Origin: an uncultured Actinomycetota bacterium
GTDB taxonomy: Bacteria > Actinomycetota > Actinomycetes > JACCUZ01
NCBI GenBank assembly: GCA_963746465.1
Contig: CAVVAY010000004.1
Location: 43,382-107,381, forward strand
Direction: 5' to 3'
Length of the DNA stretch: 64,000 nucleotides
Part shown: in pieces, positions 31,507-39,961 of the stretch
How positions within the stretch are numbered: the stretch's first letter is position 1
Layout of the letters: each line of letters starts with the position of its first letter
The notes under the pieces: generated by a model
What the model was told of the DNA's origin: nothing
Seen by the model: the letters and a program-made list of their open reading frames with translations, nothing else
Databases searched by the model: none
Program-made: the position numbers and the translations under genes

Positions 31507-32180
31507 CGACCGCCATCGACCCGGCGGACCTGACCGCGACCCGGGAGGCGCTGCACCGGGTGGCCGAGCACCTGCTCGCCGCGACCCGCAAGCGGGCCAC
31601 CGGCGAGATCACCCTGCAGGCCGGCCCGGAAGGCTTCCGCACGCCGCCGCTGCCGGACGGCACCGTCCTCGGGATCGACGGCGTCGACGTCGTGGTGACC
31701 GGCCCGGACGGTGCCCGCCGGGAGCGGCTCACGACGCTGGCCCGGGCGGCGGCATTCGCCGGCGTACCGGCCGGGTTCCCGTGGACCAAGCACCCGCCGG
31801 CCACGCCGTTCGAGCCGGAGCAGCCGCTGACCGTGGACCCGGCCGCGGCGGCTGCGCTGGTCGAGTGGTTCCAGCTCGGCCACCAGGCGCTCGCGATCCT
31901 GGCTGCCGGCCTGACGTCCGAGCAACCCAGCGACCCGCAGCTGTTCCCGGAGCACTTCGACCTGGGCATCACCGCGGCCTCGGTCAACTACGGCTGCTCC
32001 CCGGGCGACGCCGCGATCGCCGTCCCGTACCTCTACGTCGGCCCGCACCAGCTGCCGCCGCCGGAGGGCGACTACTGGAACGCCCCGTTCGGCGCCTACC
32101 GGACCTGGGACGAGGTCGGGAACGTGGACCTGGCGCTGGAGTTCCTGCGCACCGGGCACGACGCCCTCGCCGGGCGTTGA
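31503..32180 (+). CDS. hypothetical protein
   Basis: 225 aa. ATG 31503 overlaps the MFS stop (ATGA). Composition is protein-like, but I recognise no motif. Confidence 0.6.
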   Translation: MTTAIDPADLTATREALHRVAEHLLAATRKRATGEITLQAGPEGFRTPPLPDGTVLGIDGVDVVVTGPDGARRERLTTLARAAAFAGVPAGFPWTKHPPATPFEPEQPLTVDPAAAAALVEWFQLGHQALAILAAGLTSEQPSDPQLFPEHFDLGITAASVNYGCSPGDAAIAVPYLYVGPHQLPPPEGDYWNAPFGAYRTWDEVGNVDLALEFLRTGHDALAGR

Positions 32181-32188
32181 CGCAGCCG

Positions 32189-32249
32189 CACTTCGCTAGG
32201 CGTACGGACACCTCGCCAGGCGTGCACGCCTAGCGAAGTGTCCGTACGC
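32189..32249. terminator. structured element between convergent genes: two overlapping perfect inverted repeats (15 bp and 12 bp)
   Basis: cacttcgctaggcgt (32189-32203) pairs with acgcctagcgaagtg (32226-32240). gcgtacggacac (32200-32211) pairs with gtgtccgtacgc (32238-32249). Confidence 0.55.
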
Positions 32250-32301
32250 ATGCTTTACGTGGTCGACTCCGCGGGGGCCGAGGGCGGCGGCCGGGGCGGG
32301 G

Positions 32302-33483
32302 TCAGTGGGTGCGGAGGGTGCGGAACAGCTCGAGGGCCTGGTCGCGGTCCCAGCGGACGGCGGAGGACCCGCTGGGCGTGCGGTAGTTCGGGTCGGCCAC
32401 CGGGACCGTGATCCGCTGGCCACCGCCGCCGGCCACCGCGCGCATGGTCAGCGCGAACTGCACCAGCGACCACGGCCCGTCGCCGTCGTCGATGGTGAGC
32501 GCCGTGGTCGCGGCGTCGCCCAGCCGGAGGATGCGGAACGGGTTGAGCAGCGTGGCGGGGCTGGCCGCCTCGTCGAAGACCGCGCCGAGGAACTCCTGCT
32601 GCCGCTGCACCCGGCCGAGGTCGCCCTGCGGGTCGAAGTAGCGGGCCCGGACGTACGCCAGCGCCGTCGGGCCGTCCATCTCCTGGCAGCCCTTGGCGAC
32701 GTCGAGCCCGCTCTTGCGGTCCTTGATCTTGCGCTTCGGGCAGAGCTCGACACCGCCGACCGCGTCGGTCATGCCGACGAAGCCGCCGAAGCCGATCTCG
32801 GAGTAGTGGTCGATGTGCAGCCCGGTGACCGTCTCGACGGTCTGCGCGAGCAGCGGCGCGCCGCCGAACGCGTACGCGGCGTTCAGCTTGTCGCGGCCGT
32901 GACCGGGGATCGGCACGTACGAGTCGCGCGGCAGGCTGACCAGCGTGGGCTCCCCGCTGTCCGGCTTGTGCAGCAGGATGATCGTGTCGGTACGCCGGCC
33001 GGCCACCTTGCCCAGGTGCAGGTCCTTGACCTCCTGGTCGCTGAGCCCCTCGCGGCTGTCGGAGCCGACGATCAGCCAGTTGGTGCCGGACGCCGGTGCC
33101 GGGCGGCCCTCGTAGTCGCGCAGTGCGTCGACCTTCTCGATCCGGGTGTAGAAGAACAGCATCGCGCCGACCAGCAGCGCGAGGACGAGCAGCAGGGCCA
33201 GCAGGACCCGCTTCGTCCAGCGCCCGGCCCCGCCCCCGCTCCGCCGCGGGCGGGAGAAGTCCGGCGGCGGGTGGTCGCCTCGGCGCGGCCGGGCGGTCTC
33301 CGGGGACGACGAGGACGGCGAGCCCGGCCGGGCGCTCGCGGGCGGCAGCACCTGGGTGCGCTCCGAGTCGGCTGGAGCGGGCCGTGCGGTGCCCAGCGGG
33401 GGGCGGGGGCTCTCCGGCGGCGGCCGCCGGGTGCCGTCCTCGCCGCGCGACCAGCCCTCCGGCCAGTCCCTGGGTCCGCTCAT
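32302..33483 (-). CDS. LytR-CpsA-Psr (LCP) family cell-wall glycopolymer ligase
   Basis: ATG 33483. A Pro/Arg-rich cytoplasmic N-terminus and one TM helix are followed by the LCP motifs LIVGSDSR, RTDTIILL, SLPRDSYV and KLNAAYAFGG. Confidence 0.9.
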   Translation of the reverse strand: MSGPRDWPEGWSRGEDGTRRPPPESPRPPLGTARPAPADSERTQVLPPASARPGSPSSSSPETARPRRGDHPPPDFSRPRRSGGGAGRWTKRVLLALLLVLALLVGAMLFFYTRIEKVDALRDYEGRPAPASGTNWLIVGSDSREGLSDQEVKDLHLGKVAGRRTDTIILLHKPDSGEPTLVSLPRDSYVPIPGHGRDKLNAAYAFGGAPLLAQTVETVTGLHIDHYSEIGFGGFVGMTDAVGGVELCPKRKIKDRKSGLDVAKGCQEMDGPTALAYVRARYFDPQGDLGRVQRQQEFLGAVFDEAASPATLLNPFRILRLGDAATTALTIDDGDGPWSLVQFALTMRAVAGGGGQRITVPVADPNYRTPSGSSAVRWDRDQALELFRTLRTH

Positions 33484-33507
33484 CCGACGACCGTACCCTT
33501 GCGCCTC

Positions 33508-34032
33508 ATGACCGATGCCTCCCCGCTCGACGGCAAGCCGACCAGCGCCGCGCGCAGCACTCTCAGCCGGATCATGACCGTGCTCGACACCAACCTGTTG
33601 GGCACGGTGCACGGCGGCGTGGTGATGAAGCTGGTCGACGACGTGGCCGGCGTTGTCGCGCAGCGCCACTCGGGCGGCCCCGCCGTGACGGCGTCGATGG
33701 ACGAGATGGACTTCGTCGAGCCGGTGCGGGTCGGCGACCTGGTGCATGCCGAGGCGCAGGTCAACTGGTCCGGCACCACCTCGATGGAGGTGGGGGTCCG
33801 GGTGCTGGCGGAGCCGTGGGACCGGGCCGGCGTCCCGCCGACGCGGGTCGCCACGGCATACCTCGTGTTCGTCGCCGTCGACGAGAACGGGCAGCCGCGC
33901 GCGGTGCCGCCGGTGCAGCCGGAGACCGCCGAGGACCGACGGCGGTTCGCCGAGGCCGAGATCCGGCGGGCGCACCGGCTGGCCAGGCGGCAGGCGATCC
34001 AGCGTTCCCGGGACGAGACCGCGCAGCAGTGA
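33508..34032 (+). CDS. acyl-CoA thioesterase (hotdog fold)
   Basis: 174 aa with LGTVHGGVVMKLVDDVAG...ATAYLVFVAVD. Confidence 0.85.
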   Translation: MTDASPLDGKPTSAARSTLSRIMTVLDTNLLGTVHGGVVMKLVDDVAGVVAQRHSGGPAVTASMDEMDFVEPVRVGDLVHAEAQVNWSGTTSMEVGVRVLAEPWDRAGVPPTRVATAYLVFVAVDENGQPRAVPPVQPETAEDRRRFAEAEIRRAHRLARRQAIQRSRDETAQQ

Positions 34033-34045
34033 CGCTGCCGCGGCG

Positions 34046-36409
34046 TCAGGGCGCGGTGTCCGTCGCCGACGCCGCGGTGCCGGTCGGCTCGGAGGTCCCG
34101 GTGGGGGCCTCGGTCGTGCCGTTCCCGGTCGAGTCCGGCGACGAGGTCGCCTCGGGCGTGCTGGACGCCGACGGCTCGTCGCTCGGTGTCACCCCGCCAT
34201 CGGGCGTCGCGGACGGGTCGTCGCCCGGGGCGTCGGGCGGTGGGGAAGGTGTGGGTGTCTCGCCGGCCGACTCGGCCGTGACGATGTCCTTGATCTGCTG
34301 CTCGAAGCCTTCCAGCGTCGACTGGATCTGACCGACCGGCACGGTCCCGATGGTGCTGCCGAACTGCTGGATCTGCGCCCAGACCACCTCGATCGCCGCC
34401 ATCCCCGCATCGCTGAGCGGGCCGTCGAGGGTGAGGACGAGCTGCTTCGCGAGCGCGTAGGTCGCGCAGGCGAGACAGTTGTAGTTCACCGCCGCGGCGA
34501 GGTTCTGCGGGACCACGACGTCGGCCTGGCCGAGCACCAGGATCACCTGGAAGCCGATCGCGACCGCGGCGCAGCCGTTGCAGCTGGCGAACGCGTACGC
34601 CTCGTTGGCGTTGAGCACCTCGCCGTCGTCGGCCCAGACGAGCGCGAAGGCGACGTCGTAGCGGATCGAGCCGTCCTGGGTGTTGACGGCGAGCGCCTGG
34701 TTGTCGCCCTCGAGCGGGGCGTCCGGCTTGTTGAACGGGAACACCCAGGTCGGCGACTCGGGCGGCGCCTCCAGCGCGCCGGCCGCACCCTGCGGCGCGG
34801 CGTCGGCCGGCACCAGCACCATGGCCAGCTGCGGCTCGTCCTTCGGCGGCGGCTGCTCGTCGCTGGCCCACAGCGTCTGGGCGGCGCCGGTCTGGCCCTG
34901 CTTCAGCGACGGTGCGGCCGGTGCGGCGGAGTCGGAGGAGGTGGCCGGCCGCTGCAGCAGCGGGACCCGGTCGGCGACCGCGGCCGGAACCGCGTCGAGC
35001 AGGGTGCCCTGCTCGTTCGCCTGGATCGGCCGGTAGGTGCCCTCGTCCGGCCACCACACCCAGGCGAGGCCGGCCAGCAGCGCGACCGCCGTGGCGACGG
35101 CCACCGCCCGGCGGGCCGGCCGGCCCTCGGTCGAGCGGGCGACCGAGCGAACGGTCCGGCGCAGCACCCGGCCGAGCAGGTACACCATCGCCAGGATCGG
35201 CAGCGCCAGGGCGAAGATCGAGAGCATCCGCACGGCCACCTCGGCCGCGGCTCCCTCGGACCAGGCCTGGGTCAGCACGTCCCACTGGTTGCCGACGCTC
35301 TCCCACGCCGTCGCGGCGGCCCGGGGCAGCGCCACGACCATCAGCACCATGGACAGCAGGAGCACGGGCACGACCAGCAGCACCCAGACGGTGACGACCG
35401 CACGGGCCCACCAGGTCAGCGCCGACTCGGTGCGCCAGCGGTGCGGCAGCAGCCCGGCCAGCGTCGGCTTGATGTGCGAGTAGAGGTCGGGGACGCCGGT
35501 GAGGTCGGCGAGGATGTGGTAGCCGTCGAACCGGACGAACGGGGCCAGCTGCCGGACCATCTGCACGACCTGCGCCGCGATGATGAGCAGCAGCGCCTCC
35601 CAGCGGGTGACGGCCCACACCCCGAACATCGCGACCGCGAACAGCGCGTTGAAGTACAGCCCGCCGAGGTCGACACGGACCCGGCCCGCGCGGCCGAGCC
35701 GGTAGCTGTCGCCCACCTCGGTGTAGAAGGCCGGCCAGACCAGGTACATCCCGGCTCCCATGGCGCCGGGGGTCGCCCCGCCGTAGCGGCACGCGGCAGC
35801 ATGGCCGAACTCGTGGAAGCCGGCAGAGACGGCGGTCACCGCGAAGACCAGCAGGAACAGGCCGGGCGAGGTGAACGCGTCACGGGTGGCGGCGGCGAGC
35901 CCCTCGCGGAACAGGACCCACCCGGCGGCGGCCACGAAGGCCAGCGTGAACGGCACCACGACGAGCGGGTGGAAGAGGACGGCGAACGGCGCCGTGATCC
36001 GGCGGGTGATGGCCGGGTCGGTGACGACCTTCTTCAGCTTGACGGCCAGCAGCGGGTTGGGCTTGCTGACCTCCGGCTCGGAGCCGTCGGCGAGCACCAG
36101 CACGCCCAGTGGCCGCAGCTTGCTCTCGACGAGCGTGACGACCTGTTCGGCGCTCACCTCCCGGCCGAACGACTCGCTGACCGCGGCCGCGACCTCGTCG
36201 TAGCTGCGCTTGCCGTCGATCTGCTCGAGCACCGTGTAGAGCAGCGGGGTGAGCTGGACCGTCTGCCCGTCGGCCCGCCGCACCAGTGCCGGCGGCTTCT
36301 TGTAGCCGGACCCGGGGAGCTCGCCGATCAGCTCGACGCCAGCAGCCCGGGCGGGCACCTCCGCAGGGGAGGCTCCCGCCCGGGCCGGGGCGTCGGGCGT
36401 CGCGGTCAC
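34046..36409 (-). CDS. membrane M50/site-2-protease-like zinc metalloprotease with N-terminal PqqD/RRE-like segment and large extracytoplasmic C-terminal domain
   Basis: 787 aa. HEFGH lies at nt 35801-35815 and LAPFVRFDGYH at 35516-35530, both inside a hydrophobic core. Residues ~45-105 read QLTPLLYTVLEQIDGKRSYDEVAAAVSESFGREVSAEQVVTLVESKL. The C-terminal region has CNGC...CLAC and a Pro/Thr/Ser tail. Confidence 0.8.
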   Translation of the reverse strand: MTATPDAPARAGASPAEVPARAAGVELIGELPGSGYKKPPALVRRADGQTVQLTPLLYTVLEQIDGKRSYDEVAAAVSESFGREVSAEQVVTLVESKLRPLGVLVLADGSEPEVSKPNPLLAVKLKKVVTDPAITRRITAPFAVLFHPLVVVPFTLAFVAAAGWVLFREGLAAATRDAFTSPGLFLLVFAVTAVSAGFHEFGHAAACRYGGATPGAMGAGMYLVWPAFYTEVGDSYRLGRAGRVRVDLGGLYFNALFAVAMFGVWAVTRWEALLLIIAAQVVQMVRQLAPFVRFDGYHILADLTGVPDLYSHIKPTLAGLLPHRWRTESALTWWARAVVTVWVLLVVPVLLLSMVLMVVALPRAAATAWESVGNQWDVLTQAWSEGAAAEVAVRMLSIFALALPILAMVYLLGRVLRRTVRSVARSTEGRPARRAVAVATAVALLAGLAWVWWPDEGTYRPIQANEQGTLLDAVPAAVADRVPLLQRPATSSDSAAPAAPSLKQGQTGAAQTLWASDEQPPPKDEPQLAMVLVPADAAPQGAAGALEAPPESPTWVFPFNKPDAPLEGDNQALAVNTQDGSIRYDVAFALVWADDGEVLNANEAYAFASCNGCAAVAIGFQVILVLGQADVVVPQNLAAAVNYNCLACATYALAKQLVLTLDGPLSDAGMAAIEVVWAQIQQFGSTIGTVPVGQIQSTLEGFEQQIKDIVTAESAGETPTPSPPPDAPGDDPSATPDGGVTPSDEPSASSTPEATSSPDSTGNGTTEAPTGTSEPTGTAASATDTAP

Positions 36410-36420
36410 TGGTGGCGTGA

Positions 36421-37137
36421 CTACTGGGTGATGTCGGACTGCTGGTCGGTGTTGGCCTCAGCGGTGACGTCGTCCAGGTGCTGGTTGATGACGGCGTCCT
36501 GGTCGGCGACCGCCGTGGCCTCGGAGCCGATCGAGCCGACGTTGGCGGCCACGGCGGCATCGATCGGGGCAGCCACGTTGGCGTTGGCGGCCACCGCACC
36601 GGCGATCGGCGCGGCGATGTCCGCGTCCAGCGCGGCATTCACGTCCACGTTGAGCAGGTCGCCGTCGAGCAGCGAGCCGGGGTCGGCCGTCACGCCGGCA
36701 GCGGCGTCGGTCGGCGTGCTGCCGTCGGCCGGGGTCGGGGCAGTCGTGCCGTCGGCCGCGGGGCCGGTGGTGCCGTCGGCCGGCGCCGCACCGGTGCCGT
36801 CGTCGACGACGTCGTTGCCCTGGTCGAGGGTGCTGTCCTGGGCGCTGTTGGCGACGGCCTCGCCGCTGATGCCCTGGTCGATGGCGACGTCCTGGCTGGC
36901 GAGACCCTGGGCGACCGAGCCGGCGGAGAGCACGTTGGCCGACACAGCGGCGTCGATCGGGGCAGCCACGTTCGCGTTGGCCGCCACGGCGAGGTCGATC
37001 GGCGCTGCCAGGTCGAGGGCGAGATCGAGGTCGACGTTCAGGTCCAGCAGCGAGATCACTTCCTTGGGCGGAAGGGCGCTGCCGGCCTCGGCGGCCAGCT
37101 CGTCGTCCGACAGGGGTGTCTGGTCGTTCGCGGTCAT
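36421..37137 (-). CDS. highly acidic, internally duplicated repeat protein (AAPIDAAVAANANVAAPI motif) of unknown function
   Basis: 238 aa from ATG 37137. SD GGGAGG lies 8 nt upstream. The stop is 11 nt before the M50-like gene start. There are two ~60-aa repeats and a Thr/Pro/Ala/Asp/Gly linker. An alternative GTG start exists at 37155. Confidence 0.75.
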   Translation of the reverse strand: MTANDQTPLSDDELAAEAGSALPPKEVISLLDLNVDLDLALDLAAPIDLAVAANANVAAPIDAAVSANVLSAGSVAQGLASQDVAIDQGISGEAVANSAQDSTLDQGNDVVDDGTGAAPADGTTGPAADGTTAPTPADGSTPTDAAAGVTADPGSLLDGDLLNVDVNAALDADIAAPIAGAVAANANVAAPIDAAVAANVGSIGSEATAVADQDAVINQHLDDVTAEANTDQQSDITQ

Positions 37138-37145
37138 GAGCCGTA

Positions 37146-37151
37146 CCTCCC
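37146..37151 (-). promoter_or_regulatory. Shine-Dalgarno GGGAGG of the acidic repeat-protein gene
   Basis: The reverse complement of 37135-37155 reads gtgcGGGAGGtacggctcATG. Confidence 0.7.
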
Positions 37152-37277
37152 GCACGCTGCGCGTGCACTCTGGGCGCGCCGGAGGAAGAAGTCCCCCCGA
37201 CCGACGCGTCGGCGACGGTGGCGCCGCCCGGTCGATGTCTCGCGAACGGCTTGCCCGGACCGGACCAGGCGGAAACG

Positions 37278-38792
37278 TCAGCTGCAGACGTGATCACTCG
37301 CGGTGCGTACGCCCGTGTCGGACGGTGCTGGCCCCGTCACCCGCACGGCCCGCGCCCCGTCGTACGACGTGCCGACCACCACCTGCATGGTGCGGCCCAG
37401 CCCGGCCACCGCCTGCAACCGGGCACCGGGCAGCGCCGCAGCGACCGTCTTGATGCTCTCGGTGTAGCGGGTGTCGAACCGCACCGTGGTGCGCTCCACC
37501 CCCGTGCGGCTCCAGTTCTGCGCCGGGCCCGCGGTCTCGAACCCGCGGGCGGCCAGGTCGGCGGTCGCCAGCGAGCCGAGCCCGGGCGTGCCGGCGCCGT
37601 TGTAGACCTGCAGCCGGATCTGCGCGGGCAGCACCGTTGGCCGGCCGGTCCCGGCGCCGCCATCGCGGCGGTGCGGGCGGGCACTGTCCTCTCGCATCGC
37701 GGTGAACACCTGGGCGGCCGCGGCCTCGTCCCACAGGGCGACCGAGCCGGCCGAGGCGGTGCGGTGCGACGGGTCGGCCACCGGCACGGTGCGGAACCGG
37801 ATGTCGCTCCCCGACACGTGCCGCAGTCGAGTGCCCAGCCGCACCAGCTCCTCCTCGGTCAGCCCCGGGTCGGCCCGGACGGCGGCCAGCGCGGCGTCCA
37901 GGAAGCGCACCAGGGCCCTCGGGTCCAGCAGGACGTCGCGGCTGGTGGCCCGGTCGACCATCGCGGCCAGGAACCGTTGCTGCCGCTCGACCCGACCCAG
38001 GTCGGCGCGGGCGTCGAGATGGCGGGCCCGGACGTAGGCCAGGCCGGTCTCGCCGTCGACGTGACTGACCCCGGCCGGCAGCCGCAGGCCGGCCTTGCGG
38101 TCCCGCATCCGGACCGGGCTGCAGACGTCGACTCCGCCGACGGCGTCGACCAGGCGGACGAAGCCGAGGAAGTCGACCTCGAGGTAGTGGTCGATCCGGA
38201 CACCGGTGCTGCGCTCGACGGTGGCGACCGCGAGGGACGGTCCGCCGAAGGCGTACGCCGCGTTCAGCTTGTTGCGCCGCTCCGGCACCCGGTCCCCGTC
38301 GGACGACACGTGCTCCGGGATGGTGACGTAGGAGTCGCGCGGGAGGCTGACAGCGTCGACCGTGCCGTGCCGGGCCGAGATGTGCACCAGCAGCATCGTG
38401 TCGGCCCGGCGCCCGGCGGCGGTGGCCGCGTCGCCGACATGGAGGCGCTTCATGTCGGCGCTGCTCATCCCGGTGCGGCCGTCCGAGCCCACCAGCAGGA
38501 AGGTGGTCGAGCCGGCGGCGTTGGCCGGCGGCCGGTCGGTGACGCCGGCGAAGGCGTCGACCCGCTCGATGGACCGGCTGGACCAGGTGAGCAGGGTGTA
38601 CCCCGAGGCGCTGACCATAAGGACGGCCAGCGCGGCCACGGCCGCCGTCGCGACCAGCAGCCGGCGCAGGATGCGGCTGATCCGGGTGGGTGGCCGGCGT
38701 CCGGTGCGCGGGCCCGGACGAGACCTGCCCGCACGGCCGCGGGGGTCGAGCTGCGGCGGCAGCGGGGGGTGGACGCCGGACGGCGAGGACAT
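37278..38792 (-). CDS. LCP family ligase with C-terminal LytR_C-like domain
   Basis: 504 aa with one TM helix and motifs LLVGSDGR, RADTMLLV, SLPRDSYV and KLNAAYAFGG. The C-terminal ~90 aa read QIRLQVYNGAGTPGLG... Confidence 0.9.
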   Translation of the reverse strand: MSSPSGVHPPLPPQLDPRGRAGRSRPGPRTGRRPPTRISRILRRLLVATAAVAALAVLMVSASGYTLLTWSSRSIERVDAFAGVTDRPPANAAGSTTFLLVGSDGRTGMSSADMKRLHVGDAATAAGRRADTMLLVHISARHGTVDAVSLPRDSYVTIPEHVSSDGDRVPERRNKLNAAYAFGGPSLAVATVERSTGVRIDHYLEVDFLGFVRLVDAVGGVDVCSPVRMRDRKAGLRLPAGVSHVDGETGLAYVRARHLDARADLGRVERQQRFLAAMVDRATSRDVLLDPRALVRFLDAALAAVRADPGLTEEELVRLGTRLRHVSGSDIRFRTVPVADPSHRTASAGSVALWDEAAAAQVFTAMREDSARPHRRDGGAGTGRPTVLPAQIRLQVYNGAGTPGLGSLATADLAARGFETAGPAQNWSRTGVERTTVRFDTRYTESIKTVAAALPGARLQAVAGLGRTMQVVVGTSYDGARAVRVTGPAPSDTGVRTASDHVCS

Positions 38793-38879
38793 GCGGGGGA
38801 CCTTCCGGCGCAGGAGTGACCGTCGCTGGCGATGCTAGGTGCGTTACCGCCTTACGCCGGTCAGGCACGCCGGTAGCGT

Positions 38880-39920
38880 GTGGGCGCCATGGCCGCCCCC
38901 GAACCCGTCCCCGATCCCACCGCTGCGCCTCCGGCCGACATCGCCGGCTGGCCCGGCGTCTCGGTCGTCGTCCCGGTGCTCGACGAGGAGCACCACCTGC
39001 GGGCCGCCGTGTCGACCGTGCTCGGCCAGGACTACGCGGGCCCGGTCGAGGTCGTGCTGGCCCTGGGGCCGTCCCGGGACCGCACCGACGAGATAGCCGC
39101 GGAGCTGGCCGCCGCCGACCGCCGGGTGCGGCTGGTGCCGAACCCGACCGGCGCCACCGGCGCCGGCCTGAACCGGGCGGTGGCCGCGGCCCGGTACGAC
39201 GTCGTCGTCCGGCTGGACGGGCATGCGCTCGTCCCCGACGACTACCTGCGGATCGCGGTCGAGACGCTGCAGCGCACCGGGGCCGACAACGTCGGTGGGC
39301 TGATGTCGGCCGAGGGGGTCACCGACTTCCAGCGAGCCGTCGCGGCCGCGATGACCAGCCCGATCGGGGTCGGGCAGGCCAGCTTCCACGTCGGCGGCGA
39401 GGAAGGACCGGCGCTGACGGTCTACCTGGGCGCGTTCCGCCGCGAGGTGCTCGAGCGGCTCGGAGGGTACGACGAGACCTTCCTGCGGGCCCAGGACTGG
39501 GAGCTCAACCACCGGATCCGGGAGAGTGGGGGGGTCGTGTGGTTCACCCCGCGCCTCACCGTGTCCTACCGCCCGCGTTCCGACCTGCGTGCGCTGGCCC
39601 GGCAGTACCGCGACTACGGCCGGTGGCGCCGGGTGGTCATGCGCGAGCACGAGGGGACCGCGAGCCTGCGCTACCTCGCACCGCCGGCCGCGGTCGTGGC
39701 CGTCTCGGCCGGCACGGTCGTCGGGCTGACGTGGTGGCGGCCGGCGCTGCTCGCGCCGGTGGGCTACGCCGCCGCGGTGCTGGCCGGGTCGGCGGTCGTC
39801 GGCCGCGGCCTGCCGCCCCGCTCGCGGGCCTGGCTGCCCGTCGTCCTCGCGACCATGCACGGAGCGTGGGGGGTCGGGTTCCTCACCAGCCCGCGGAGGC
39901 TGCGCAGCGCGGGACGGTAG
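38880..39920 (+). CDS. family 2 glycosyltransferase with C-terminal membrane segments
   Basis: 346 aa with VSVVVPVLDEEHHL, ..VVRLDGHA.. and ..AQDWELNHR.. An alternative ATG start exists at 38889. Confidence 0.85.
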   Translation: MGAMAAPEPVPDPTAAPPADIAGWPGVSVVVPVLDEEHHLRAAVSTVLGQDYAGPVEVVLALGPSRDRTDEIAAELAAADRRVRLVPNPTGATGAGLNRAVAAARYDVVVRLDGHALVPDDYLRIAVETLQRTGADNVGGLMSAEGVTDFQRAVAAAMTSPIGVGQASFHVGGEEGPALTVYLGAFRREVLERLGGYDETFLRAQDWELNHRIRESGGVVWFTPRLTVSYRPRSDLRALARQYRDYGRWRRVVMREHEGTASLRYLAPPAAVVAVSAGTVVGLTWWRPALLAPVGYAAAVLAGSAVVGRGLPPRSRAWLPVVLATMHGAWGVGFLTSPRRLRSAGR

Positions 39921-39961
39921 CGTCCACCGTTGCGTGCACGTCGACCAAGGGAGCACCACAG

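Noticed and set aside
34046-37137. Classical RiPP biosynthetic gene cluster call.
   Set aside because: No tailoring enzyme (rSAM, YcaO, lanthionine synthetase, cyclodehydratase, methyltransferase) and no dedicated exporter is adjacent. The core has no Cys and is 238 aa long. Only the leader-like N-terminus and the RRE-like segment are RiPP-reminiscent, so I report it as an uncharacterised processing module rather than a RiPP BGC.
36421-37155. Repetitive DNA that could suggest a CRISPR array or a tandem satellite.
   Set aside because: There are only two diverged ~180-nt copies and no short identical repeats with unique spacers. The region is an in-frame coding duplication with a strong SD.
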